Below are positions 41,411 to 56,400 of a stretch of 64,000 bases of DNA, piece after piece; within the stretch, counting starts at the first letter, position 1, and every line of letters starts with the position of its first letter. The position numbers were made by a program, and so were the translations under genes. A model generated the notes under the pieces. That model ran no database searches and was not told the DNA's origin. It saw only the letters and a list, made by a program, of their open reading frames with translations. Origin of the DNA: Epithemia pelagica (taxonomy: Eukaryota > Protista > Bacillariophyta); contig OX337232.1 of assembly GCA_946965045.2 (NCBI GenBank), positions 2,046,001 through 2,110,000 of the forward strand. Reading direction: 5' to 3'.

Positions 41411-42135
41411 GCATGTAGACAAAGTCCGAGTAGGGGCATTGAGTATAAGCAGATGAGTAGTGCATGACATTTTCAAACCCGTTGCCACAAAGTATCGTAG
41501 CGAAACAACACAGATTTCTTGCGTTTTTCGGTTCTGGGCGAAACGGAGTGAACCTGTTTCTATGGATTTCGAGCACGAAACAATGAGGACGGGTTGATTG
41601 TTGTACAATTCCTAGCCCAGAAGTCTGTCTCGTATCAGTGGCTCTGCAAACACAACCGACACCGCACATTTCATCCTCTCTCTATCTCTCAGTCTCAGAG
41701 CCGTATCGTTGTTACATTCGCAAGCATCAAAACCAGCACAACCCTCGCACAAGATTTCCCTTCCCTGTTCATGCGGCAGGGAAAAACTAGCCATACCCGC
41801 TCTGCTCAATCTACACAAGCGACGAAATGTTCAAGTTCTTTCCGTACGTGCTCCCGGACAAGCGATCTAGTGTCCCCGCAATTTTTTGCCAGTAGATGTT
41901 TGCTCTTTTCGAGTCTTTTCGGTTTGTTTTGATTTTCATATATTTTATGTTTTCTTTTCGTGTTCCTCTTATCATTATTTTTCTTTTCTTTTTTATTTAT
42001 GATGTACTTCAGTCTTTCGACAATCTGTTATTCGCATCAGAGTGGAATTAAGTGGGACGACCATCGGCTGAAATAACATCTGTAACCCAAGAGCCTCATG
42101 CTGAGATGAAAGTCGGACAAAATGGACGCGGTAGA

Positions 42136-43719
42136 TCAACCTTCTTGGGCACCAGACCCAGAATCAGTGGGTTTGGATGCCTCGCCTTGGTCTTCTCCCT
42201 CTTTCTTGCGGACCCAGGTCTTGGATGCGATCATGCTCTTTACATCCGCACGACCCGCCCAGCGGCCACGTCCTCCTCGGCCTCTGTAGCCACCTCGGTA
42301 CCCTCCTCCTCCTCGAAAGGCCGCAGCAACAAGGGGCGACGGATGGACAGCGGCGGCTTCTGCAGTGTCACTGTTGCCACTTGGTCCTTCTCCTTCAGCT
42401 CCACCCTGGTTGTCCGCTGCCGGGTCCCCTTCACTGGCGTGTTGCTGAAAGGAGCGACCACCAGAGGCATGGTATCCGCGATAGAAGCGACCTCCCCGTC
42501 CACGGTATCCTCCACGAAACCCAAAGCGACCGTGACCACGCCCGGGGAATCCACGACCTCCATATCCGTGTTCGTAGTGACTGTCATAGTCTTGGTCATG
42601 GTAGTTGTCTTCTTGCATGTACCGCTCATCGTAGCCTTCATTATAATTCTGGTTGTTGCTGTCGTCTCCCCCTTCTTCCATTCGTTGTCGTTTTCGATCG
42701 CGATCTTCATTGTTGTTCCCTCGACCTCTTCCTTCGTGAAAGCCCGATCTTCCGCCTCGTCCTCGTCCACCCATAAAGGGCTCTCGTCCACCTCCACGAC
42801 CTCCTCTGGTGTGACCTCGGCCACGTCCAGTTCGTCCTCCAGATGGAGACTCGCTGTGGTAGTTTTCATTTCCTTCCTCGTTGAATTCATCGCGACTGCG
42901 TCGATGGCCTTGATTGCCACTACGGAACCGACCTCCATCTTCTGGCCCGTGACGGCCCCTTCCTCGTCCACGACCTTGGCGGTCCGGAGTTTCACCACCA
43001 CCACCTCGGCGTCGGTCGTTGTCGTGGTCTGGTTCTCGACGTCCGCCGCCCCGTCCACGACCACCGTCTCGACCACCACGTGAATTGCTTCCTCCCTTGT
43101 TTCCTTTGAGGCGATCAAAGGCCTCTCCTAGAATGTCCCGACGGGGATTCTTGGAGGAATCTTGTACACTCTTGTTGTTGTTGTTGTTATTATTTTCCTT
43201 CTTTTTTCGATCTGGCTGACTCTGTGAAACTGCACCCTTTCGTTTCCCTTCTCGTGTCGCTCCCAACGCGCCGGCCATGGTGAGAGCGTTTCCTCCCGAG
43301 GAGGATTTCAAGGAAACCAATCGATTCTTGGATGCTTGTTCCTTGTCTGCGGCCGACGTTTCTTCCGTGGGTTCTTGAGCAGCATCTGTCGTTGCTTCGG
43401 CAGCCGTCGGCGATCCCAATTTGCTTTGAATATACGACTCGAGCACCTTTCCCATTTGTGTCGTGACGGAGGGGGGACAGAAATCCATTTCCATTCCCTG
43501 GAGTTCCGTCATGGCATAGGCGACCGTCTTTTGATTGGAAATCATGGCGGTGGTATACTCCAACAAATCATGAACATCTTCTTCGTCTGTATTCGAATTT
43601 GGCGACAATAAGGAACGCAACTGTTGGCTCAACTCGGACGTTTCCTCCGAGGTCAACTTGCGGTGCAGACACACACTTTGCCAAGCGGTCGGCCACTCTG
43701 GAGGAGGACTATCCGTCAT
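42136..43719 (-). CDS. RNA-binding-like protein: N-terminal PWI-like domain and extended RG/RGG region
   Basis: Helical N-domain DVHDLLEYTTAMISNQKTVAYAMTELQGM; many RGG/RGRG repeats; C-terminal SKTWVRK motif. Confidence 0.75.
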   Translation of the reverse strand: MTDSPPPEWPTAWQSVCLHRKLTSEETSELSQQLRSLLSPNSNTDEEDVHDLLEYTTAMISNQKTVAYAMTELQGMEMDFCPPSVTTQMGKVLESYIQSKLGSPTAAEATTDAAQEPTEETSAADKEQASKNRLVSLKSSSGGNALTMAGALGATREGKRKGAVSQSQPDRKKKENNNNNNNKSVQDSSKNPRRDILGEAFDRLKGNKGGSNSRGGRDGGRGRGGGRREPDHDNDRRRGGGGETPDRQGRGRGRGRHGPEDGGRFRSGNQGHRRSRDEFNEEGNENYHSESPSGGRTGRGRGHTRGGRGGGREPFMGGRGRGGRSGFHEGRGRGNNNEDRDRKRQRMEEGGDDSNNQNYNEGYDERYMQEDNYHDQDYDSHYEHGYGGRGFPGRGHGRFGFRGGYRGRGGRFYRGYHASGGRSFQQHASEGDPAADNQGGAEGEGPSGNSDTAEAAAVHPSPLVAAAFRGGGGYRGGYRGRGGRGRWAGRADVKSMIASKTWVRKKEGEDQGEASKPTDSGSGAQEG

Positions 43720-44414
43720 TTCGAATGTTCTTGCCTTCCCTCAAAGATCACAATCTCAATTGCGAATCCAGAAAATTACAGACTAGACAATGGAGACCCT
43801 TACAACGACTGGCGAACACAATGTTGGAGCAACTCTCGTCTTGCGGCGCTCCACAAGTTCAATGGGGATGGGGAATGGGTTATTACTCCCTAGCATCTTT
43901 GACTTGAAATGTACTCTCTTGCAAGCAACAAAAATTTTACTTCCTCCGAAATGCCTTCTCTGCCGCTGGGGAATACCATGGGGCACAAACCGCTCAGTCT
44001 CGCAAGCCGAATCGTCCACATTCACGGTTCACGGGATTCCCATTCCCGCCTCGGCTGGCATTTTTGTCGGGCCGATGTCCACGCCCCGGAGGAGGTAGTA
44101 TTGCGAGGTGCATGAGTGAAACAAAGATTTCTTCCAACAAGAGAGCTGGGTAGTCTGTCTTCTTTCAAATCGTTTCTCTCCTTTTTTCCATTCTTCGAAT
44201 GTGATCTTGTGATGGTCCATTGATGATATAGAGTATCGACCAACGAAGCTATACATACACAAGTGCAGGAAACAAGTTTGGTGAAACCAGGGGAGCAGGC
44301 TTCTGAACCCAAAGAGTCGACTTCGACATTGCAACTGATTCGTTGGATCTTTTTCATCTCCTCTTGACATCAACATTTCGCGCAGAAGCTCTTTGAGCAA
44401 TCTTCTGCATTTAG

Positions 44415-47400
44415 ATGTACAATCCATCCAAAGAAATAACGAAACTCTTGGAGTCATACTTGGAGTTTGACTCGGAGCAACTGAAACTTGGAATCTGGTC
44501 GGGTGAATTATCCTTGAAAGATGTCAATCTCAAAGCCGATGCAGTGTACCCTCATTTAAATCAGTACTTCACGGAAAGTGAAGCCAACAGCAATGAATTC
44601 ACGAAAAGCAAACCACCGGCAAGGGTGAAGCTCGTCTCGGGCTCCATCGGTGACCTGCAGCTCAACATTCCATGGCAGAGTCTTGTCTGGGGACAAGGAG
44701 ACGTCAAGGTTGATTTGAGAAATGTTGTTGTTGTCTTGGCCTTGGAAAGTATGGAAGAAACGGAAGAACGTCTCCGACAACAAGCCGCCGCCTCGGAAGA
44801 TAACTCGGAAAGTAGTACTCGGTCCATGTCCGAATCACACGATGCAAACCATGAAGATCCGGGGACCAAATCACGTCGGCGCTATCAGAAGCAGAAAATT
44901 ATGCGAGAGGCCGAACGGAGACAGCTGCAAGGTCGCGATATCGCGTCCTGGCTGGAACGGGTTTACAAAAAAAAAGAGGAAGAACGACAGCGAGAAGCCT
45001 TACGGCATGGTGATACGCTGGTGCAAAAAGAAGGTCAATTTCGCAGTTGGCTCAAGGGTGCCACGAAAGGCTTCTTTTGGCGATTCTATGCTGGTCTGCA
45101 AATGAAAATTGAAAATCTCAAAGTCATTATCGTCCAGGATTCGATTGAAATCGGTCTGATCATTCCATCCATTCATGTTCTTGCTGGAAAGCAAGAAAAT
45201 CGCCGCATGTCCGCGGTGTCTTCGAATAATCGCGACGGGGATGAGCAAGCTGAGTCACAACATTTACAACAATCTCGTCCTTTGATTATATCCTCGAAAC
45301 CACCTCAAAATGTCATGTACGAAAGTCCCGACGAAGACGGGGAACACGTCGACAAGCATATGCGTATTTTGGGATTGGGAATCTATGTTCGGAAACTTTC
45401 CGCGAGTACATATCGAAAGATTTTTGGTGGAGAGGGAGCCCCTGTCACCAAGAAACTGTACGGTGGAGAGGGAGTCGCTGCTGACCGCTTTCTCGGGGAC
45501 AGTCCAGCGGCAGGCGAACATGCCATGCTGCAAATCGCTGATGTATCGGCCAAAGAATATCTGCTGCGACCCACCGAGCTCAATGTGTCATACAGTCTGT
45601 TCTATCCCTACCCTCCCGAGAAGCGAAAAAAGAAGAAACAACAGCAAGCTTTGGATTCATCCACGACGGCTGAAACCGCCACATCGTCGGTAGCTCCTTC
45701 CGTGACTACCCATTCTACGGGAACTTCGGGCAAGCGGCGAAGAGGGAAGCGTGATAAGGCTGGTTCTGTCTCGACCAGTGAGGGGGGAGCATCTCATACA
45801 ACAACACCCACGGCTGATGGTACCCCCACCACTGGCCGATCACCGTCAGCCGAAGGAGACACCCTCGCGGTAAAACAACAAAAGCAAGAACAACCTGAGA
45901 CTCCCAAACCGAAACCACGAATGGTAATGAGACGATCGTCAATTGGTGGACGTCAGCCCTTTCCTGTACAACAATCTTCGTCCGCAAACGCTGAGCCAAA
46001 CAGAGAACCTATTGAAAGAATGTCTTCGACAACTTCGATTGACCAATCGACGTTCGATGTGTCGTCCTCGACTCCAACCATTCCCACAACACCAGAACAC
46101 CCAGGGTCTCAGAAGCCCCAACTCAATGAACAATCAAGTGGTCAGCTGGAGCAGCAAGTCACCAAGGCACGATTTGCACGCCGTTCTTCCATCGCGGCTC
46201 CTGTCAAAGGATCGACTGCCGCCGCCGCCGTTGTTTCACGAGTACCAAAGCCAGATACTGTGAGTCGAATGAAATCTGTGCCGCTGGCGCAACCAGACGA
46301 TATTACAACGGGATTCTCTGTTGCCGTTCGCGAGAGCACCAAAGACTTGACGGCTCGCCTCGACGGAGATGTCCAGTTTGGGCCTATGCAAGTCGTCCTG
46401 TCGACCCGACACTTCAATCTTATTGATAACTTTCTCTCCGCATGTGCGCGCATGAGAAACGGCCGGCCGTCGAAAACTGTCGGTTCTGTCTTGGAAACAA
46501 AGCCGGTGCGTCATTCTGTTCTGGTGACTTCGTCCGAGTTGGCGAGAGCTACATCTGTGTCTACGGATGCCGCTGCCACACTTCGTCTTGGATTAAATGC
46601 TCCCCGGAGTGACCGATCTAAGGTCGTACGTTCGTGGTGGAGGTACGGCCTGTACGCAGTTCGTTGGGAAATCCAACAAAGACGGAAAGTGCGGAAACAT
46701 TTTCAGGACAAGTATCTTTCGTTCAGCTGGGATCAGCAACGCTACCGTCGCAAAGAATACGTGACGTTGTACATTGCCTCCAAACTCTTGTCTCCAGAAG
46801 AGGAGGGGGCACTGGCGACGGACAGTGCAGCGATCGAGTCTCTTTTGACTATCGAGGATGAGCTTCCAGTAGAACAGATTCTGCTGTATCGATCTCTCGC
46901 TCGAATGCTGCATGTTGGCGGGAAGAGAGAAATGCCGGATTCAATTGTCGGGATTCGGGCCACCTCGGGCTATCGTGGACGAGCTATTTCAGATGACATG
47001 GAACACCAATCCTCACATCGAAGCTCAAATGGCTACTCAAGTGATGAAGGATTTGAGCGGAACTTGGGTCACAATCGGACTGTTTTGTCGCTGCTCGAAG
47101 AGACTTGTGAGATCTCGCGTTTGCGAATGGAAAGGGGGCACGCGGATGTCGTGCCAGCCCACCGACAGCAAATTAAGTTCTCCATGCATGAACGGAAGAG
47201 TAAAGTGGACGAGTCTACGGTTGGGATGACTTTGGACACGAGAACAGACAGAAAGGGAGGAGCTGGGTATTCCAGAGCGACGACTAGGAGGAGTGGGCCT
47301 GAAGTCACAGGAGACACGTCCATGAAGTTTTCTTTCTCTGGGTCTATGGAAAAGGTGGAACTCATGGTTATTGAAGAAGACTTACAGTATGAAAACGCTG

Positions 47401-50400
47401 GTCGTCCAAAAAATGGCGACGGTGAGTCATCGGCTGATACAAATGCTAGCGTAAGCGATATATCAGAGCTCACTGAGGAAGACAGGTTGTCGGACAGTGC
47501 AACACAAGTCACTGGAATGGAAGACGAAAGCGCGTCCGATCTCATCATGGCATCCACCGATTTTCTGCTTTTCCGCCAGCCAGAGAAGCATTTGTTGAGG
47601 ACTGAGATTCGGAGTGTTAATTGTACAGCTTTTGCGAAGGCGTCGGGATCGAGGAGCTTCAACTTTAGAATTGGTACGTTGCAAGCTCTTTCAGGGACCG
47701 GGGTCAAACTTCTTGATGTGGGAACGGACAAGGAAGGGTTCGCCTCAGACTCTGCTCTCGGGTCGTCTCATGCACAGGCTGATTCCGAGGACCCCCAAGT
47801 TCCGCAAACGGCGCTCTCGGTTTCACTAGTACTGCAGAAAGATCAACGAGTAGCTCAGTGTGACATTGCTACTGTCAAAGCAACATTTGATCAGGATGCA
47901 ATTACGAGCCTTTTATCGTTTGGTACTTCCTCGAGATCCCCTCGGCCTTTGATGCCTTCCACTCCCGGTGAGAATGTCCGATTATATGTAGTCAACCAAA
48001 ACGTTGGCACTTCTTTCCGTTTCTTCGATGCGTCGTTTCGTTTGCATGGGATTGAAATTACGATTCCGAAGGAACCCTCCAATGGCGGGCATTTCGAGGG
48101 AGACATTGAAAGCACAGACGAAGTAGAGGAAGGAACTGAAACGCGTGCAGTCTTCGTCGCTGATATGATTGAAGTGTACAGTGGCCAAGCTGCGAATAAC
48201 CTTGGTATTGTGAAGCCTCATTGGCAAGAAACTTACACGTCATCGAAGCTGTCCGTTCTGGGAGAGAACGAAACAAAGGAGCAGAAGACGCGGCATCTGC
48301 GAATGCTTGATGTCGACAATCTCATCTCTACCAAAAGTGCCTTCTTGGCGTTCAATGTCGTAAGTACATTTTTGAAGCTTCCAAACTCTTGGTCGTTTGC
48401 AACCTCAAAGCTTGGCTTCTTTTTCAGGTGGCTGCTGTTTCAGGACTTGACTTTGTGACCGCAACTTACACGAAAGGCGGTGTTGAAGAAAGCAGGTTAA
48501 GCTTTTTCGATACCCCAATCGATGTGGAGTCGTTCGCTTCCGTGAGCGAGAGTTCCGTTCTTGACTACAATCGAGCAAAGCGTGAGGTGGTCATGAAAAT
48601 GTCCGAAGTTAACGCTCTCATCTCGGAATCTCGACTCAAACTCCTGTCCGAGGTTGTTCCGCGTAGGCGCATCGAAATGAGTGATTACTTCGTTCAAACT
48701 GAAAAAGAGCCAGAACCTCGTCTTGAAATACTGGCTCGATTGATGTTAAACTCGTTCGACATTAGTATCTCCCGACTTCGCCTTTCCTTGGTGACGGATG
48801 ACCAAGGAAAAGTCGGCCATTCGATGCTCTCGAAAGCCGATCAAGTGGAAGACTTCGTAACCTCCTTTTTGCGGACTGTTGGCAAGCTGGATCTCAGTTG
48901 GCCGCATGAAGAAGCTTTATCTTCAGCGATGCAGATATGTATCGATCGTCTGACAGGCGTTGGGTTCCCGCTTAATGACGCCTGGCAGTGTGCGAATACT
49001 GCTCTCCTCAACTTTCTGGAAGACATTGCTGAACATGAGGGAGGTAACAAAGGTGACGGAGATAGCGATCCCCTGGATGAAGTAGTCCATGATTCAGTGA
49101 CACGAACAATAGCCTCATTTTCACATCGCTTCGATTATACTGATCCGTGTGGACCGTTGATGGAGAATCATGTTGTTGTTGATTTTCCTGAAGGCGTATC
49201 GGTTACAGCTGTTGATTTGTTTTACGATCATTTTGTTGCAGTCGTTTTCAATTCACTTTTCGTAACAAATGGAGATGGTATCCATCTTCTTCGCTTGATG
49301 CCGGAAGTTGACCATTCAGATGGAAGTGAAAAACCTGATCAGGACGCACGCTCAGATGCTGCTGCAAGTTTGTCCAGCTCTAATACTGGTTCCTCGCACA
49401 GCAGCCCTTCCTTTATTCTCCGGTGCTTTAAAGTCAACGAGAAGTACAGTTTCGGCAGAGGTGGTCTTCCTCTGTCAGTTCTGGGAGGGGAGATTGAAAA
49501 GGTGACAGATATAGATGAAGAATCCTTGGTTGATATCGACATGGGAGAGATCGAATTGCTCTTCTGCAGCGATGTTTATGACGATGTTCTGTATGAGGTG
49601 GCCCAAATTGTAGATCCACTTCAAGAGTTCGTAGGAACATCAAAACAAACAAAAAAGTCATCTACCAGAGCAGCGTCCCTCGATCCAGTGCATGTTTTGG
49701 TGACTGCCTCCTGTTACTCGCTTCTCTTCACCAGCGAAGACTTGGTTCCATTTACGAGGCTGATCCTTGGACACTGTGCCGCATCATCTGAGTCGAAACG
49801 AGGTGATGCTTCTGCCTCGACGAAGATTAGTGCGAAGCAGCTATCGCTTCTTTACTTGTCTCCAGCTGGTGAGCTGTACCCTGAACAAGTTTGTGTTCAC
49901 GAAACACTACCTGGTTCTCCTTTAACAGTGATATGTGGTACTTCCGACCAAGCAGAATCAACCTGCCGTGTCGAGTTAAGAGGTGCCCGAGTGTTCATTG
50001 TTTACCAATATATTGCCGAGTGTATTCAGTACTTCTATTCAGGAACGGTTGGCTTCGGACTCTGGATTGCCAACAGTTCTGAAGCTCTTTCGAAATTTTC
50101 CTCGGCCGATCAAGGTGGTGCATCAACAGAGATTGAGATTGCTTTTTTCGACTGCTCTTTAATCATGCCAAGATCATCTCTGAGCTCGGAGATGATTGCA
50201 TTGGAGGTCGAGTACGCAAAGGTTTCGTTTGATTCTCTTTCAAGCTCATTTCACATGCCAACGGAAGATGTCCCGTTGGAGCTAACCACGGGGTGCGTCT
50301 TTGAAGAGATCGCTTCGAAGCAAAACGAGGAAGAGCAAGACAGCGCGCGCTATGACAGTGGCGTTACCCCTGAGTCCACTGAGTCTGCATGTTCAGTTAG

Positions 50401-53400
50401 CCGCACAAACATTGAACTGCATCGTTTTCGTGCTTTTACATCATTGCTTGAGTCAACCACTCGTCGAGATAGTGCTCATTTCAGTGTCCGAGAAAGTCTT
50501 GCCTTCAATTGCTTTTTCGAAATAGATGGTCGGGCTGAAGCAAACAAGCGAGTATATCGCCAGCTGTCCCCAACTCAGAATTACGAAATTGAGAAGGAAA
50601 AAGTGGAACGCTGTTGGCGCGAAATCACCACTGACGTTGCAGCTCTGAAGATTATCGCCGATTATGCGCCGCATCTTAGAATCTTGATGACGGATGACAT
50701 AGAAGGATCCAAAACTCCTTTTAATCTTGACGTGACACTATCCCAGTTTTGCCTGCTGATGTCGTGTTGGTATGACAACATGAGTGAGTTGCCAGTTTTG
50801 TTTCCAAAATCTGCCAGTGATCTAGAGGTCGGATCGAAGTTCATTGCAAGTGCCGATACATTTCCTGAGTTTGGCACTGAAGAGTATAGGTCAACAATGG
50901 AATCGACGTATCCAGCAACATCGGAATTCGCCATGTCTTTCAGTTACATTTCCCTTCGCTGTACGTCGGATCCAGATCGGCACCTGGATAGTGTGTCGAC
51001 GGAGGCCAAAGGGGTATTACTGGGTCTTGACGATTGTACGTTTCATGTTATCAACGACAGTATTGGGACAACGAAACTTGGACTGGGTGCATTGGGAGCA
51101 CGGCTTCTGGACGATGATAAAATTCACCGCAATGTGGTCGACCTAAAAAACAAGAAGAATGTTGCTCATTCCTGGGCAGATCTTACATTCGGGATTGGTG
51201 AACAATGCAATAATATGATCGAAAGAATACCTCTTCCATTCCAGATGTCGGTTTTTATGGCACCGAAGTCCGCCCTTTACACTATGGGTATGGATTCGTC
51301 GGTACTTACGCTCTCGGACTTTTCAACCCTTTTTGGCTTCTTGAGTTTTGTATCAGTTTATTTCTGTGAAATGGAATTAGGTTACCCAAGTCTTCGAGCA
51401 GAAGAATGTCTGGCAGAAACCAAAAAGCAATTGACAAGTGGGGAGGCGAATGAAGATGAAGACAAATCGGATTATTTAACTGATTTCAGGCTGTGGCTTA
51501 CCCGTCCTGTAATGTGGGTACCGCTTGAACCAGCTCTTTCCGAAACCTCGTTTTTGATGCTGGCATCCGACAAAGGACTGTGGTATCGATGTGCCACGAT
51601 CGATATGTTTCTGTCTCAAGAGTGCATTGTCAAGGGACTTGCGTTGTCACACCTGGACAAGAACGACGCCTTAAAGCGAGACACAGCTTCCCGCTCGTTA
51701 GGGAAGGCTCTTTTCGAAGGATTGTCCCTTGGTCTTCGGATCGATTACAATGGAGAGTCGAACCACACTGACTATGCACTGAAAATACCGTTCAGTGATG
51801 AATGGGAAAGCAATGTGACCTCTGGAAGAATATCCTTAGATCCATATCTGGCGTCTAAGCCGACAATATTGAAGCCTGTTGAGACGCTGGATCGCTTCTT
51901 GGGTCCTAATATATGTGAAATGACATGCGTGATTGACGTTCTTCCCTCTACTTTTGCGGCCTTATCAAATCTTTTCGTCGGTACGGATGAAGTAGATGAC
52001 TCGAGTCGAAACCCATCAATGTCTTCCGGTTCAGATCTAACTAGAATGGAGAATGAAGATTCGGAAACGGATGGCGCAGATCCAGATGGTAATCCCGAAG
52101 CTACCTTTTCATTTACGGGGAAGATTGGAGACGCCAGGGTATTCGCCCTTGATCCTGTTTTGGGCCCGCATTTACCTGTGGCGGTTTTGTCCATTGCGTC
52201 ATTGAAAGTCACAGCTTCAAAGTTCTCCGATCCTATCGAGGAAGAGCCACGCCGTGGCGAATCACCTCCTGAAGACTTACAGATGTACGTAGATGGCCAC
52301 GTTTGGGCCGATTCCTTTAAGCTTGGTTCAACGAGAAGTTGGGAACCTTTGCTGGAACCATATCGGTTCAACGTGTTTTATGAGAATTCGAAGTATCGTG
52401 GCTCGGGTGTGACTTTGGCTTCCGATGTTCCTCTACACTGCAACATAACAGGAGCCAACCTCTTGGTGATAGACGAAGTCGCCGATTCAATTCTCTGCCA
52501 AGTCAGAGACACCTTCGGTAACCAGGAAGGTTTGAAACCATCTTCTTCGTCAATAACACCAGTCGCAACTGTTGGAACCAAAGAAAGAATCACCTCCACA
52601 GAAGAATTGCAAGGTCTCACTGTAGTGCACGAGTTCCCAAGGACCCTTTCCCATGGAGACCGTGTTGCTTTCTCACTCAGGAACATGACAGGACAATTCT
52701 TACGTGCCTACCGGCCAAGAAATGGCGACCACCAATCATCTCGCTCCGCAACTCTATCATACGTCGAAAATGAAACTTCCACGAGACTTCGTTTTCAGCC
52801 TTCTGTTTCGATGGTATCTAACATGGAGATTGTCGAAGTTGAATACCCTGGTCTTGAAAACTCTCCAAACCACAACTTCGGCCAATCAGGGTCCTTGCAT
52901 GAGCTCGACATACAAATTCCTGGCTTCCAGTGGATGCGGGGCGTCAAAATCGACAATTTTGGACGTCATTTTGTCAACCTAACACCTCGTTCTCGTTTAC
53001 TCAGAGAGAGAGCCAGAGAAGACTGGCGAATTGGGAACGTAATGAAACTACTGGTTGAGGTTGGACTCGAGAATGGAGGAAGAGAACTAACCGCGCGGTC
53101 TATCTTTTCTCTCGTCAACAAGACAACACACTCTTTGTCTCTCGTGTTCCATCCAAACCCCTCTTTTGTTCCGGAGATCCAGGACGACGAGGGCGTACAA
53201 CTTGAATCTGGTTGTGTTCATCAAATTCCTGTTCTCCTGCTCGAGAGCGCTCTTAGACAGGCAGGAGGAATGGAGTTAGGCTGCGTTTGGATGAAGCCGA
53301 GTATGGGAAAGTTACCAAGCTCTTTTCATGAAGGTGAAGATGGGCGTGAACTGCTTTCTGCATCGTTTAGTTCACGTCCCGTGAAACTCGGGAAAATGGT

Positions 53401-56400
53401 TACTGATTCGGCTCTGCTATTCAACGACGCTAGTAAGGGACATGATATCACGCCAGACCAAGCTGAAACAGGGGTTCAAATATCGTGTCCCGTTTCAGGT
53501 GGTACTGGAGAACTTGAATTTGCGCCTTTTTGTTATGCTGGTAAGTTACACGGTAGCAGTGCCACACCATTCAGTTTTCTTACATGCAAGAAATCGATAT
53601 TCTCACAATGTACTAGTTGAGGTTGGTCGAAGTCCTATCGTAAAAGCTCGTAAGGGACAAGGCTCCAACCACCGGAACGAGGCTGGACAAACTCATGTAC
53701 ATGGGCCTGTGGCCTATACGTTATCTGTTTATGCACCATTTGTCATTGCAAATTTGCTTCCTGAAGCTGGCCGGTTCGAGCTCATGCACGCGGTCCGACG
53801 AACAGTCGTCTGGTACGCCGATTTGGAGCCTGGGCAGCAAATCTCAGTACACTCGGTGGGGTTGGATGCTCCACTTCTGCTTCTCATTAATTTAAGATTT
53901 TGTCGCACTCCCATTGGAGAAGGTGCACTAGTGCACCATGGGGTTGACCCACCTCCCGACGCTCGAGGTACGTTATCAGCAAGAAAGACATGGGCCGCTC
54001 AGTTAATTTTGTCACTTATAATTCTGTATGCAGAACATTTGGGAAGGCTCAGATCATTGGGCAAGGCGGGGAAAGCGGCGACGAAGCAGCTTGGAAAGGC
54101 CCTTACGTCGTTGGGTGAGACTCCTGACAAGCGAGGTCAGCAACTTCTTTACACTGCGAAGGACAAACAGAACGGCCTGATTGGAACCCGTGAACGAAGA
54201 AGAGGACAAAACGCGAGAAAGGCGACCAATGTAGCCACTGGTAAGCATTTGTGACTTGTTTGCTTCTCCGAGGATGAATCTAACGTTTGTTTTCGCTTCA
54301 GGTGATTCTGGAATCGAAGATGTAGATGGGAAAACATATAGGGTTGACACTACTGTGTTCTTTCCCGAGAATTGTGTTGAGGAGACAGTAGTTGTTGACG
54401 GTGTTGGTCAAAGATTGACGCTTGGTATTGAAAACATACGAGGGGGAGGAGGGCAACGTCGTGTTTCCATCTATTGTCCGTTCTGGATTATAAACACGAC
54501 GGAGCATGCGCTGATGTACAGACAGTACAGTAGCAAACACTATGTCAGCGGTTCAGTTTCTAGTAACAAGATGGATGGGTCGCTTGCTCTTAGTGGTGGA
54601 CATGTTGGTGGAAAGCAGGAGACAGACGGTGCTGATCTCCATCGTAACGACGCTCTTTTGAGACCTATGAACGAAACAACAATTTTTGCTGGAACCCCCG
54701 GTGCATTGGCCACGTCAAAAGGACACTGTGACTTAGCTCCCGACGATCTTGCTCCCTTACTACAGGAGGTTCTCTCGCTTGACGACCTGTCTCGTTTGGC
54801 ATTTATGTTCAATTTCCACGAAGGTGCAATTCCAGGAAGCAACCAGAAGCTTTGCGTTCAACTACATGACGGGACAACCCAGAACCGCTATAGCTCGGAC
54901 TGGTCGCGGGGTTTCGGGCTCCATTCGGTCGGAATATCACAAACGGTTGAGTAAGTGACATTTTGTACCAAGAACAGCTTTCATCAATTTTAGACTCATA
55001 CTTCGTCGACATTGCTTCAGAATGAACTGCAAAGATGGTCGGTCTCTTGAGCTATCCATGGTGTCTCAGACAGCGCCAGGTCATCTCTCGAAATACACAA
55101 AAATCGTCCGCTTTCTTCCACGCTATATTGTTGTAAATAACTTGCCGTACCCTGTACGTCTATGGCAAGACAACTCAATTTTTCGACCGCCATCAGTCGC
55201 AGATATCACATTAGTGAGCAACAACAGAGAAGCAACACGAAGGTGGCGTTTGGCATCGTATCGCAAAAAGAAAGAAACAGGGAAAATAAATCAGTACGAA
55301 GCTCTGTGGGGTAGAGAAGTAGATATCCTGGCCGAAGAATCAAATCTTTCATTTCCTGTTGGTACTACTGCCCATCCATCTGCGCTTCATGTTGTAAGTG
55401 TGTCTCCTTCATCGTGGAAGCCTTTCAATCTGCCAGACACTCGAGGAGACAGACAGCTTCGGGTCGGGCTCGGTGGTTCATTCAACTTGACCGCCAGCAT
55501 ATCCGCCGACGTTCCAGGAGAACATACCTTGCGACTTTCCCGTGCTATTGATTTGAGACTTCTCAAGCACGTGTCAACGCGAGCTTCTCCACAGTATAAT
55601 ATCACGTTGCCACCAACAACAGGTGGTGCATTCTCTGGGGAATTGGGAAGTAAGTTTGTGTTCTGCGGATGACTGATGAAATCGTGTCGTTTTCCACTAA
55701 CATACTCCTGCACAAAACTTAGTCTGGTTTGAAACCGAGTGGGGAACGGATCGCAGTTTAATTGTAAAAGCTATCAGGTACAATTCATATGCCTACAACA
55801 AAACTGATGTCCACGTTGGTGATGAACTTCTTCTGATTGATGGAGGACCCGTTGCTCGGATGACTTTCCAAGAAGCGATGAATATGCTTCGAACGCGGAT
55901 TGGAGAGATTAGGTCTTCCGCCCACATTTCTCGTCGACCACTTTCTAGAAGGACGAGTCTCCGGTTTGGACTGTCGACCAGGTTTGGCTCTTCCCATTCT
56001 GTAAACGAAGGTGAAAGTGCAACGGCTCCACGGCAATTGACCCTGACATTTCGGACGGTGGAAGAGCGCCTAAGACGAGTCCGTTTAAAGGCCGCACGGA
56101 ACACAAACAGCGGAAACCATCAGAGCAAGCCTCGCGATACTACCTCAACTGCTGTAGACGTGACACCAAGCTCAGCAGAAGGTGAGAATTCTGATCTGTC
56201 TTTCATGAAAGCGGAGCTCCGCACTCTTCACAAAAGTATGTATCTTGTTCTCGGAGCAATCGGCACGGTACCATACGAAGTTCATAACAGGACACAGAGC
56301 AGCACGGTATACTACAGACAACGGGGGTGTTTCAGTCACCCGTGGCGAACATTGAAACCTGGGGCTTCAGAGGTATACTGTTGGGAGGAACCCATGAAGG

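Noticed and set aside
42052-43118. Long + strand and alternative-frame ORFs (343, 292, 199 aa)
   Set aside because: Shadow frames of the GC-rich RGG-coding gene on the minus strand.
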